Positions 50,949 to 63,568 of a stretch of 64,000 bases of DNA are shown here, one piece after another (the first letter of the stretch is position 1; each line of letters starts with the position of its first letter). The stretch is from positions 14,446,001-14,510,000 of the forward strand of contig CM102286.1 in assembly GCA_046563655.1 (NCBI GenBank). The letters run 5' to 3'. This stretch comes from Yuukianura sp. NJ FZ-2021. Its lineage: Eukaryota. A program made the position numbers and the translations under genes. The notes below the pieces were generated by a model, which had not been told where the DNA came from, made no database searches, and saw only the letters and a list, made by a program, of their open reading frames with translations.

Positions 50949-53498
50949 TTTGAAAATTTCAGAAATTATATTTCAAAATTTCAAAATTTCAAAATTTGTT
51001 CAAATGAACTTTACTACTTTGAAGTTTTATTGGTTGTCTATACGTCTGTCCGCAGAGCTGTCCAGAGTAAGTCTGTCCAGAAAAAGTTGAACACACTGCC
51101 AGATATAGGAATTTTACTCTGCAAAAAAAATCATCTTCACGTGTTTGTTTTCACTTTGTGTAAAAAGTGAATCAGATGACGCAAGTTGAAGTGGCAAAAA
51201 GCGTCAAATTTAGATAAAATGACCTTGAGGCGGTCAATTTTAACTTTTCAAAACGTTCCAGAGAAGTAGAATCAAGTTGACCTTCATTTTTCATACTTAG
51301 CACAAAAAACAATTTTGTTAGTGGCAATCTTTGTAATCTTTTTGCCTCATACTGGACAGAGGGCGGAGGTAATTGAAAATTATTGTATGCCTGGCAATTG
51401 TTATGCAGAACATAACTATTGCTACAAAAAATTAAAATGTGGAGAAAGAGCACTTGACCATGAATAGCCTTCAACACAATTCTGCACACAAAAAAAGGTA
51501 GAAAAAAAAATATTTGCAAATTGTTTGCCAAAATACTTGACAATGTTGAATCTTTTTCTCCACGTGATTTTGACGCCGCATAGTAGTATCTGATAATAAT
51601 AAACAATTTGACAATTGAAGCAATTGAAACTGTCACATACTGTTTAATAACACTTGAGAATCAAATATGTTTTTAACACTGACCTTTGACCCGGACTTGG
51701 AAATGTCCAACCTTGGCATGCGTACTACAACAGTATTACATTGATTTTTTGATTTATCTCAATTTTATCATCCACATATACACCTGAAACTCTAAAATTT
51801 GGCATTTTTTTTTAAATTTTCGAAAATAGTTTTCGATTTCATCTTCAACGGGACTCATTCGAGTACAAAACTTTCACTGAAATTGGAAATATAAAAAGTT
51901 GTAAAGGTTTTGGCCAAAAGTTGCCTTATGCTAGAGCGAATCTCTTCACTTTTTAGTTTTTGATTTAAAAGATTAAACTTTTTCGTCTGCTCGTGCTCTT
52001 CGTTAGCTACAAAAATTTTACGAAGTTACAAGTGTGGAAAATTGGCAGCAAATTGTGTGGTTACGAACATTTGCTTTCATTTTACGTCATTTTGTACAAC
52101 TCCTACACTAATAAAAACATAAGTTTCTCCATCTGAACTTAATGATGTAAACTCAAAACCGTCACTTTCACGTGCGAAATTCAAATAGTAAAGGTCAAAG
52201 GTCAACTTTTACGCAAAAGTGATGGCACTGAACTCTGTTTTTAATCAACTATGTAAAAAAAAAGTGTTCTTACTTTTTTTTCGATTTTGTTCCCTTTTTC
52301 GACAATCATCTTTTTTTCTTGTTTGGCACAACTAAACTTTCCAGACACAAAAAAAATTCCGGAAAATTTCTACTTTTTACACATATAATTTCCAATAAAA
52401 TTTTGTAATTAAAAAAAACAATGAAATTTGCAATAATGTTAAACTGGTTTAAGTAGGTTTTCCTGAAACCGCCTTCTCCTGCTCCACCTCGACAACAAAA
52501 CAATTGTTGCATTTTTTTCAAAAGACGGAAACTAATGCATCAGTGACCAGTCAGTTACAAACCAAAATACAAACAAAATCCAACTGTAGCTCAAAAATCC
52601 GAAAACAAAGTTCAAAAGTCTACTTTGTGCCAAAATTCTACAGAGTTGTACAATAATTATTGAGTCACTTTGAGCTTATGAGCAATTAAAAGTTTAAAAG
52701 ACTTTATAATGACAGGAAGCTAAAGTTCGTGTGTCATCTTTTGATGTTCAATGGTTATGAAACTGACAACAACTCAAACACTATGCCCCATTTTAAGCAA
52801 CAACTTAATTCCGTTTTGCAGTTTTGTTGAAATTGAAATTTTGAATTTTGTCATAAAATGGGAATAGGGCTGTTCATCCTTATTCTCACAAACAACAGCT
52901 AAAGAGATGCTCGAAACCACAATAAATTTGAGATTTAGGCAAGTTATAAAAAAAAGTTAGTACAGGAAAATTTACTTTCATATAAACATGTGAAACACAA
53001 AGATTTCATAAAAATGGATACTAAAAGGCGAAACAAAGGGGGAATTGAAACATATTAGTCCAACGCCCTTACGAACTCATTTCGTCTGAAAAGATAAACT
53101 TTGAGTAATTACTTTAAATAATCAGGTTTTAGTCTCTACTTAGTCAAGCATCGGTTCAACGCGTCTCACTACAACTCGTTTTCTAACTCAATTAACAATT
53201 GAACTTCACTTACGAACGACTTACCATTGCAACTGTAACCTCAAAATACACGAAAAGTATTTCAACCAAAAACTACATTTCAGAAATGCTTCAAAATTGA
53301 CGTTTTATCTGTGAGGAACCAGGAAAAACTAGTTGAAACCTGAAAAAATTCTCGAAAAAGCATTGTTTTTTGAAAAAGTGAAAATGGTTTTGTTGTACCT
53401 TACGGTTGATTTTGAGTGTTGATAGAAGAAAGTCGTAAATCCTGTTTGATGAGATCCTTCCGACGGCGGTTTTATTTGAATTTTGAAATTCGGCAGGC

Positions 53499-55573
53499 AT
53501 GAACCGCCTTTTTCTGCTTGTCCTTGCCGTTCTGGCTGAAATCGTGAGTTCCAAAATTTTCAGTGGCGGTGTAAAACATTTTGAATATGGTGCACAGTGG
53601 AAACAGAGTCACGTGGGATGGAGTGAAAGTGGTCCATATGCCCAAGGCTACGACTACACTTCGTATATTTATGGTCCAGGATGCAGGTCTGCAGAGCGTA
53701 TGCGGTATCCAAGGACACACGCTGAAGTGGTTGCCATAGTGAAAGAAGCGCTGGAGAGAAAAGTGACGGTGAAAGCAGTTGGAGCAAGACATTCAGCCAC
53801 GGACATTATTTGTACTGACGGAATTCCAGTGGATATGCATGGAATCCATGAAATGGCGCTGGATAGCGACAATGTCGTGACGACCGGGGCTGGAGCCACT
53901 GTTGGACAACTGACGGAGTACCTTGCGTCAAAAGGCAGAGGATTCCCGATCATTCCTGCGTTTCAAAATATAACTGGTAACGAATATTTAAAATTTTCAA
54001 AATTCTTCAAAAATGTGAAAAAAAAAGTTCGAAATTTTACAAATTCTCAGAATTCGCAAGGTTACTGACCTTGCACTTCTGAAATGTTGAAGTTTCCAAC
54101 TAGTCAAACAAGTTTCGAGTGCTGGACAGCAACTGGAACGTCCAGTTTTACAGGAATCCTGAAATTGCACAGCTTTGGTTCCGTTATACACAGATTTTTA
54201 AAATTGTTATTGAAATGTTTGAATTTTGCCTCTTTTTTTGAAAAGTGGGCGGAGCCATTGGAACAGGAGCACACGGAAGCTCGCTTCGATACACCGCGTC
54301 GTTGTCCGACCAGACCTTGGAGGTTCTTATTGTCGACGGACTCGGCAACATTCGGCGAATCACGTCCGACCAAGACTTGATGTCCTTCAGAGTCCATCTT
54401 GGTCTCCTTGGCATCATTCTGCAAGTCAAGTTCAGAACAATCCCACTTTTTAAATTTCGTGCTCACAATTACGTCATGGAAGACTCCGTACTTCGGGACA
54501 GAGCTCTCTACATGGCCGAATCCACTGACGAAATCCTCTACCATTGGTATCCCTCCTTTGAAAAAGTGGTAGTAGCCAACTGGACACGAATTGAAGACAT
54601 CAATGTTCCAGGAAACGCTCATACCAATGCCCTCATCCCACCGACATCAAGATCCTTCAACTTCTTGGGCAAAAGGACCCTTGAAACAGCCCAGGCCCTT
54701 AAGTCCCTCCCTTTTATGAACCTCCTCCAGTACATCAGCTTCTTAGCACTATTCAAAACACTGCCAGATATCCAGCCGATTTATACCGAAGATGATCTCC
54801 TTGTAAAGAATCCGGCGATTGGACTTTATCACCGTATGAGTTCAGTCAGCTGTCGTGACGATGGGTGGGTCCAGTGTCCATGGTCACATGGTCAGGATGG
54901 AGCCAGAGCTCTAGATAACGAAATGGCAATTGAACTCAAAGATCTTCCAAGATTTGTTAAAAGAGTTAAAGATATTTTACAAAGATGTCCAGCAGTGTTT
55001 CCATTTGAGGGTATCTTGATCCGGTTTTCTGGAGCTTCAACTAGTCACTTATCACTCAGCCGTGGACGAAAGACGTGTCATGTTGAATTTTATCCGTTGT
55101 ATCGAGAACGGAGATATGAAGATCCCATGGTAGGATTGGCAGCATATCAAGCCATAATGCAGTCCCTCCTGAACGAGTTTTCTGGAAGGTCACATTGGGG
55201 TAAATCCGGAGCTTACTATCACTCAAGGGCCCTTCTGGAACGTAAAGTGGATCCAGAGGCCCTTCAAGGGTTCTCGGAAACAATGAAACAGTATGACCCC
55301 AATGGAGTATTTCTGAATGACTTTGGACGAAGACTGTTGGGGCAGAGTGAGAAGATGAACTGGGATCCACGGGTGGTGCACTGTGCTCTGGACGATCATT
55401 GCATTTGTTCCAAAGATGACGACTGTGCTAGGGGTCAACAATGTTCCAGAATCGAAGGATATCCAAACTACCCGGTATGTTTAGACAGACGACCAATCAA
55501 AAGAAATCGTCCATTGTTCAATTACGCACGGTACACCATCTACCCTAAAAGAATAAAATATACCAATTACTAA
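53499..55573 (+). CDS. Secreted FAD-linked L-gulonolactone oxidase-like protein (FAD_binding_4 + ALO), plant GULLO-type
   Basis: Signal peptide; VKAVGARHS (flavinylation His); ITVGGAIGTGAHGSSL across one intron (~53977-54245); LGLLGIILQVKF; C-terminal HWGK; Cys-rich tail CALDDHCICSKDDDCARGQQC. Confidence 0.85.
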
Positions 55574-56012
55574 TCGTTAATAAACAGCAATTTAGTTAAT
55601 TGATGTTAGTTAAACGTTGAACTTACGTTTGGAGGAGTAATTTTGGAATAGTGTGACCTAATTTTAGTACAGTACGTCTAAATCTCAGCTGTCGTTCCTG
55701 CCATTTTTTAATTGAAAACGAAATTCCGAACAAATGGAAACTCTCCGCCATTTTCGAATTGAAAACGAATTTTCAAACAAACGTAAACTTCCCGCCATCC
55801 TTAAATTAGAATCAGCCGGTTTCAATTTTAAATTTAGTGGCGGGAAACGACAGCTGACATTGACACACACAGCACAGGAATCCCCCGTTGTTGATACAAA
55901 TAGAATCAATTGTTGATTAATTAACTATAATTAATTAATTTTACTAATTAATTAGTCATATAAGCTCCAGATTCTTGATAACATAAACATAAAGTCAAAG
56001 ACATTAAAATTG

Positions 56013-58596
56013 CTAAGTCACATTAATATTCCAAAATATTTTTAGAAATGCTTTACAGTCCAGGAAGTCAACAGCATTTCGGCAGCATGTCCACCCGTCC
56101 CCCTTCGGATCCTTCTTGATTCTAAACACTTCCGGAAAATGTTTCAAAACAAAAGCTTGCTTTAGTACTGTCCATTCTGTCGATTGTTGTGATTTACTCA
56201 GTGAGTCCAGTTCCTTCTTTCCCAGTGTTCGTCCAAGTACTTTGGCACCAAAAGGAAACACGTCCCACTTGAGCTTCTTCGTCACCGTGTCGACAGCATA
56301 ACGTAGTGACGTTGGAGCGTAGGCCAAGTGACCCAAAAACGTTTTCTCATACTGCTGCCTGGAGTGTTTTCGTTGTAACCTTCTCTTCCGATGTTGCTTC
56401 CGCTGCTCCCGAAGTTGTCGCCTTTCTTCAACAGTTTTTTCTATAACAAACGGATGACCTCGGCCGTTTTGAAAACGTCGACGACGCTCTTCTTCTTCTT
56501 CCAGCTCCGAAGCACCGTAAGTTTCAGATTCGGCTCCAGCTGATTCCGTATCGGGACTTTGTGGTGAAGCAGTTTCGTGTGACAGGACGGATTCGGAGCA
56601 ACTGCTGGCTTCTTCTGATGACCTAACTGCTTTAGGGTTAAACTCAACGTCAGATTCGGAATCGGATGAGTTGAGCCTCTGTCGTACCGTTTCGGCTCCA
56701 ATCATAAGGTGACGAACGTCTTCAACAACTAACGGTTTGTTAGCTCGAATCCGTTTGTAAGTCTTCCATTCTCGAGTTTCACGGAGTCCAGGAGGCGACG
56801 GTGATCGACGAATAGGCGGTGGTAGACGATCTAAAGTGACTGAACAGGGTTTCAGTTTTATCTCGGATCTGGACTTCCTTTGTGCTTGTGCTGGAGATTC
56901 GTCTTCTGAAGATGACGACAGAATCCGCAGTTTTCGCTTTGCTCCTTTCCTTGGACCGTTTGAAACAGGCACATGAATTGGGATTACCAAGTCAACTGAT
57001 ATGCTGGGTGCTGGACGAACTAGCTCTGGAACTGGTGGATCTGCGTTTTCGATTGCTACTTGGTTTGGTGGCTCTGATGGTGGGTCCGGTGGCGCTTTCT
57101 TAGGAGATGGTGCAAAGACACTCGTTTCAGAGTCTGAAGGAACCACTATTTCTTCGACGGGTTCTGGAGTTGGAGGAGGAAGTATTTCGACAAAACTTTC
57201 ATCCGATTGTTGTTCCGTTAACTTCAACGTCTTTTTTCGTTTTTTCTTTGGCTTTTTCTCGGGAGGCTGCATTGGATTTTTGACTTGAGAAGGCTCCGAA
57301 CTGCCATGAGTAATCAACTCTCCGTCTTCGGACCAATGTGGCTTGTTATTTGCATTTGGACCATTTTCGGCAATTCTGGAAGGCGGTTTGCGTGGGTCCA
57401 ACATTAACAATCTGAAATTGTAAAAGTGACTTTTAGAAGAAAAAAAAAGCAAGGAAAACAAAATGAGAGTGGGTTACGCTAGTGATTCGGCCTCGGTGAG
57501 TCTGACAAACGGCAGCAGAAGTGTTCGATCAATCTTGTTTATAACGGGCTCCGGATCAAGGGCATCAAAACTGTTTTGGCAGCAAGTCCAGTTGCCATCC
57601 ACCCTCTTCAACTTGATGGCACTGCGGAAATGCCGCATTAAGAACCGGAACTTCTTGGTTCTCATGATCGTCTGCCTCTTTTTGAGCTTAACAGTAGATC
57701 CGAACTCAAAGGAACAAGAAAAGGCCAGTCGAAACTTCTTGGCGAAATTGAAATTATCCAATGCGTAGGCAATTGGCACACATTTGTACGGTACTCCAGT
57801 GGAACCATCGCTTGGAGTCATTCCGTTCTGCTTCTTCTTTTTCTTCTTCTTTGTCTGAATTTTAAAATCAAACCGTAAACCATAGTGCAGCAAATGATAT
57901 GTCTGAAACAGTTCCAGTTTAAAATTAAAATTGTTCGCACCTTGTTCGCTGGGGTGTTGCTTGTTCCTCCATTTCCGTTGGTAACATTCAAGCTAACTTC
58001 TTTTGCTGCAGTTGACTGCGTTGGTTCTAGAAGTCTGTCCAGTTCCGGATCCCCTATCCCTTCCGTCAATATTCTAAACAATTACAGTGAAGTAATTCCA
58101 AATCAGAGTCCAGAAACGTAAATTGAATTAAACATTTAACAACTCACTGTTTAACGTGGTGCGTCGTTGGTCGGACAAATGGCAGCAGGTCCTGCGGCGG
58201 AATATTTTTGTACATAATAATTCTACGGAGTATAAGGAGGTCGACTCTTCTTTTGCAACAAGTCCACGTTCCGGTAGCACTGTTTAGCCTAATCTTCAAC
58301 TCGGATGCGAAATGTTTTCGAAGAAATTGAAGTTTTGCATTCTTGATGTAATCCGTCTGCATTTTCCTACTCCCATTTGGTAAAAGGTCACTGCGAAAAA
58401 CATGTCTGGAGCTACTCGTGAATCGACTAATGACATACTGAATATCGATTGGTTCATAAGGCAAATTTACTGCACGTTCCATAAGTCTCAGATACTTTCC
58501 TGTCCGTTCCTCTTCCTCTTCGCGTTTCTTCTTCATCTCCCGCATCTTAGCTCGTTGGTTTCTTTCCGCGTTCTGGGTTTCCAGTGTTTCGTCCAT
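56013..58596 (-). CDS. Uncharacterised, probably nuclear, protein with three copies of an ~100-aa repeat (KxxFLxKHF...GxWTCC...D.L)
   Basis: Consecutive same-strand ORFs (58596-58144, 58081-57818, 57893-57474, 57461-56013) separated by short GT-AG introns. Basic NLS-like clusters (KKPKKKRKK, RKGAKRK) and a Pro/Ser/Glu-rich linker. The 3' end is uncertain. Confidence 0.7.
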
Positions 58597-59202
58597 AACC
58601 CTGATTCAAAGATCAAATTTGTGAAACTGCAGAAACGAAGGAAAAATTCAACTTATTTTCTGAACCAAAAAAAAATGGATGTACGAAATAAAACAAACAA
58701 ACCTTGTCAACGTTTAAGTCCAAGCACGTACGGAAGTGGATTGGAGGTCGAGGTCAGAGGTCAACTTCCGGGGGGAAGCCCGTGCTCTCCGTGAACCGCG
58801 AGTAGCTAGTTAATTAATGATTGATTACCGTTGGTCTTATTCGTCCTCCCTGCCATGTGCGTGTATAAATTGTAAAAAGTGAAACTGAAGTGATAAGGAT
58901 AACTAATTCTTCCCGCACCGTCATTTCAAACCTCTTTGCATTCGTATGTGTCCAACACTGTCTCCTGTGACATGTCCATCAGCTGATCGGTGTCGATAAT
59001 CTCATCTTCTTACTAAGTAATTTACAAAAAGTTTTCTCTCACTAAAAATCGGTTAGTACCAATTCTATCTGCGTTTTTTTCAATTATTCATCAATCTCCG
59101 GCTTGCCTTGAGTACAAATATTTACAACTTTTACATTTCAGTTATTTACACTTTGCTGGAGAACAAGAGAGGTCAAACATCGACCCATCGTGCGTGACGG
59201 AC

Positions 59203-60393
59203 ATGATGTCCTCGTCTGAAGCTGACAAGATCCCGGACGATGTCATTCATCAACAATCGGATGAACTAACACTCAAACAGCAAGAAGGGATTGAGAAAGA
59301 GGCAAGTATTCATTAACGTTACAGTTTTCTTAACTATGCTATGCATATCCGTTTAACAGTAGTTTGTAAACCGACAGATTTCTGAAAACATTCCTCTGGT
59401 CGGAAAGAAGATTGACATATTGGAGACACTGCTGCCGGAGTACGCCCATGACCAGATTTACCAAAAGAAAGTTCTGGAACTCAATGAGAGCTATAGTTTC
59501 ATGAGACGAATGAGGCCAGACGGTAAGGCTCATGAATTCTGGCCCACTGGCTCATGCCGAACCTTTGTTCTCATTTTAAATTAACCATAATTTAATTAAC
59601 TTCACAGGAAACTGTTTTTTCCGGGCCTTTTCATACTCTGCCCTGGAGCAACTCCTTGGGAACCGTGAGGCAGCCGAGAGTTTCCGAGCCAAAGTGGAGA
59701 AGAGCCGTGATAAACTTACTCAAGCCGGATTTACTCAATTTACTGTAGAAGACTTCTATGATCTGTTCATCGAGGTATGTTACATCAACCATCATTTCAC
59801 ATTTTACTTTGGTTTAGTCTAAATTCTGATTGTGATTGGTTTGTAGATGGTGAACAAGGTGGCTGATGGTTTAGATGCTGAAGGATTGGAGCGTGAATTT
59901 GAGACTGTTCAATTGGCCGAGTACTTGGTCGTCTACCTTCGGATCCTCACGTCAGCTGAACTCAAGAACTCGGCCGACTTCTACCAAAACTTCATAGAAG
60001 CAACAACCTTAGAAGAGTTTTGTCAACTTGAAGTTGAGGTAAGAAGAGTAAAACTTGCCAAGTGAATTTTTTCAGTTGTCAATTCTGTTTCTGTTTTTAG
60101 CCAATGTCAAAGGAAAGTGATCATCTCCAGATCGTTGCCATCACTGCTGCCTTGGAGCTGCCCGTTCGTGTAGTCTACATGGACCGTGGAACTGGGTAAA
60201 ATGGACAACATTTTTTAAAAGTTACTAACTTTTCAGTTAGACTATTTAGTTAAATTAAACAGCACTAAAACTAAATATTTGATTTGTTCAAAATTGCAGA
60301 GCTACTCATGATTTTCCAGAAGTGGAAGGGCAGACGCCTTCGATCCACCTTTTGTATCGACCAGGCCACTACGACATTCTGTATCCAAAGTAG
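59203..60393 (+). CDS. OTUB1: Ubiquitin thioesterase otubain
   Basis: Spliced product ..QQEGIEKE/ISENIPLV..YSFMRRMRPDG/NCFFRAFSYS (catalytic Asp/Cys), FTQFTVEDF, YLVVYLRILTS, FCQLEVE/PMSKESDHLQI, LLYRPGHYDILYPK*. Confidence 0.93.
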
Positions 60394-60895
60394 CAAGCAC
60401 CAGAACCACTAAAAATATGTAAATGAAATGTACCAATTCTCATCCAAATCCAACGATGTACTGCGTCAACTAACGTCGTTGCATAATGTAAAGTTACACC
60501 TCTGTCACTACTAAGAAATAATGTTGAAATGATGCACTTAAAACTAAAAGTTAATTAACACTTAACTTAAATTAAACTAAAGATAAATGTTATAAATCTT
60601 GCTAAAACTTTAGTATCACTGCCAATTTTTTTTTACTTTGAGTCAGAATCTCCAAGTGAACCGGTTCGAATTTCAAATTGTTTGAAATGTTTGACCTTTG
60701 ACCTTTGGTGAAAACATCCGATTTCAGAACAGTAGTTTTTCAAATTCAAGTTTTCAACCCAAATTTTGTTGCCGTTCAGTTCTAAATCTGACGATGACTA
60801 TCGAAATTTAAGTTTTGATTGGTCCTTAGCCGGTGACTTTGAATTAGGTCATCGTGAAGGTTTTAAGGGCAGGGGGGACTTGGAGGGAACAAAAA

Positions 60896-63129
60896 ATGCG
60901 CAGAGTGCCCTTAAAGGTTCTCCAAACTCCGAAGACCGGAATTCTGGATCTTCCGGAACGGGTAAAGCTAAACTATTTTTTAAAATGGTTTCGAAATTGT
61001 GATTTTTTGTTTTCAGGTACGCGTCAAAATTTTGAAATTTTTGACCTACAAGGAGAGAGCGGAGGTTCAGTTGGTTTGTCGAAAATTTCGAAATGAAATT
61101 CGGATGCGAGTTGGACTGCAGTCGCGTGTGACGGACGTGTCACGTCAAGGGCTCCTCTTCATGCGCGATGTCATCATTGACACGGTCACTGTCGGATGGT
61201 ATGTCATAAAAAAAATCTTAAACCGAATTTCTCGAAATTCGAAACTCTCTTACCCGAGTTTCTCGAAATTCGAAACTGTTTCGAAACTCGCTTCACGATT
61301 TTTCATTTTTCTGACATTCCTGTATTTTTTAGTTTTCTGGAACCCACGATTACTCCAACGCAGATCATTGTAAGGTCAAATGTTACAGAAATTTGAAATT
61401 TTGGTGTTCTTCAAAAAACTTTTTTTTTTCAAAATTTTGTTTTTTAGGGAAATCCAGACAAAGTGAAGCACCTTGTCTTTGAGGAATCAATTGCAATTGA
61501 AATGATTGACGCCTTTTTGGCGCGGTGTCTCAAACTGGAAAGTATCGTTTTTGCTGCAGCACCTTTACCGCTGGAATACTTTTCAGTTTCTCCCTCCAAC
61601 AACCAACCACTATCGGCCATTCGTAGGAAAAATTAAAAAAAAAACTAAAATTTTGAAAAAAAAAAGTTTCATTTTTTCATTTTTCCAAGGACTTCGATAC
61701 GCCGTTTCAAAAACGCTGAGATGCTGGGAAGTGATTTCCAAGGCTCCGTTTGTCCTGGAAAATCTGCGTACCCTGAGCCTCGTCCTTCCTGGACGAAAAT
61801 CAATCTTCTTTTTCCAGAAACTGCTGACTCTGGTGCATTGCCCAAACCTCGTGACCTTCTCACTCCGAATTGGAAGTGACAAGGATCGAGTTGACTCCAG
61901 GTTGATCCATACTCGCATTTTCCATTTCCTCAAAAAGTACCAAGGACTCCGCAATCTCTTCATTTCCACCGCTCCGGAACCATGTGACTCCAAAATCCTA
62001 AATTCCTTGACCTTAGTTGGTCTTCCCAAGACTGAAATCATGACCCTGTCGACCGAACTTAAGCTAAAGTCAATCGTTCTCACGGAACCGACCGCCCTGT
62101 ACCAGATCTGGAGTGTCTTTTTGGCAGAACAGCATAAGCTGGAAGTATTTCAGGTTAGACAGCACATTTTTGAGGTTCAGGGATCACATGACTTGAGAGA
62201 CAAAGAATTACAGTGAAAAAAAAATAATGAACCGAGTGGGACTCGAACCCACATCGCTTCTATCCAGGAAGAGCTCTAACCCTTGAGCTATCACGTTCCA
62301 ATCAAAATTTTGTCCTCAGGTACTCCAGCATCTCCAAGTCCAAGTGATGACGCCGATTATTCAGCGAAACGCCAAAACGCTCAGAAAGGTGAGCCTCAGC
62401 CAATCTCTTGTTTGAATCAACTCAAAATTTTGAAAATGTTGAAATTTAAAATTTTCAAAATTTTGAAAACCAGATTGCTATTCACGTCCCACTGCGTCAG
62501 AAAGATGGGTACCACAATCCCATGAACTTGGAAATTTTCAGAGACTGTGTTGGGCTGGAGGAACTGATGATCGATCTCAGCCGAACAACGATGCCCAAGG
62601 CTCAAGGAGACGTCGAGAACAGTACAAAAAGTTCAACATTTTGAACTTTTCAAAATTCTGAACTTTTTCCAAAATCTATGATCTTCTAGGTGCCAGTGTG
62701 CCAAACGTCATCCTGTTACGTGAACTGCCCAAGTCGTTACGGATTCTGGCTCTACGTGACTGTGCATTCCTGACCCACGGCCTCATCCAGATGAAGAACC
62801 AACTGAACAAGTTAGAATCGCTTGGACTCGTGTGTATGAAGGACCTCAGTGCAGGATTCGGAGTCAACTACGCAACTCTGCTCCAGCTTCTGCGCTATCC
62901 ATCGCTTAACGAACTCCTCGTCACGGGGATTCGTGTGAGCGACAGAGACAGAGTTCTACTGCGCAGGGTCAAGGAATCGGTCAACGCTGAAATGAGACTC
63001 AACCGAACCGGAATCTACATTGGGCATCCAGAGAAACCCAAGTGTCGGTGGGTCATGGGACCAAAAAGTTCGTGCTTCTTTCGGTTCGGTGCGTCGTCAT
63101 GGGGAGTCACAGAATCCGAACCGTGGTGA
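60896..63129 (+). CDS. F-box / leucine-rich-repeat protein (lineage-expanded type)
   Basis: Spliced F-box motif ILDLPER/VRVKILKFLTYKERAEVQLVCRKF, followed by LRR-like units (LENLRTLSL, CPNLVTFSL, LPKSLRILALRD, LNKLESLGL, YPSLNELLV). Confidence 0.75.
62229..62298 (-). pseudogene. tRNA-like element (pseudo-tRNA or tRNA-derived SINE head) in an F-box gene intron
   Basis: Minus strand GAACGTGA-TA-GCTC AAGGGTTA GAGC-T-CTTC CTGGATA GAAG-CGAT-GTGGG TTCGAGT CCCAC-TCGGTTC-A, followed closely by a T-run. A box, B box and the D, anticodon and T stems are recognisable; the acceptor stem has a bulge. Confidence 0.7.
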
Positions 63130-63568
63130 CCTCTGAAACTTTCAGAAACTAGCGGTGAGCTCTGACCTCTGAAAATTTCTGAAATTACGGTGACCTCTGA
63201 CCTCTGAAAGTTCCTCAAATTCCTGGCGACTTTTGGACATCTCGCTTCAAAATCCAAAAACTTTTGACCCCGTTGTCCTGAAATCTCAAAATTCCAAAAT
63301 ATTAAAAAGTTTATTTAAATTGGATTAATTTAATTATAGTTGATTAATTAGCTAAAGTGATACTTAACCTGTTAAAACTGGATAGATATTTAGTAATTCA
63401 AGTGATAGTTTAGGTTATGAGACCAATGGGGAACTAGATTTTCATTGTGTCACATGACGACATGTCATGTGTCACGTATCGGATCAAGTATACTCGGTGA
63501 GTTCATGTTCTTAAGTTTAACGATGATCACATCTAATTAATCGATTAATCGATTAATTAACCCCAACA

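Noticed and set aside
51172..51636. 154-aa minus-strand ORF upstream of the CYP
   Set aside because: Non-ATG start, AT-rich low-complexity composition and no motifs; likely intergenic or UTR sequence.
53499..55573. Plant or microbial contamination of the assembly
   Set aside because: The gene has a host-style intron and flanks with the same composition as neighbouring animal genes; read-level confirmation is still advisable.
61224..61290. Short TTCTCGAAATTCGAAACT repeats, and GTGACCTCTGAAA repeats at 63125-63210
   Set aside because: Two to four copies of short slippage-type repeats in intron/UTR sequence with no further structure.
62229..62298. Functional tRNA-Ser(GGA)
   Set aside because: It lacks the Ser long variable arm, has a bulged acceptor stem and only a 4-bp anticodon stem; kept as a tRNA-like element.
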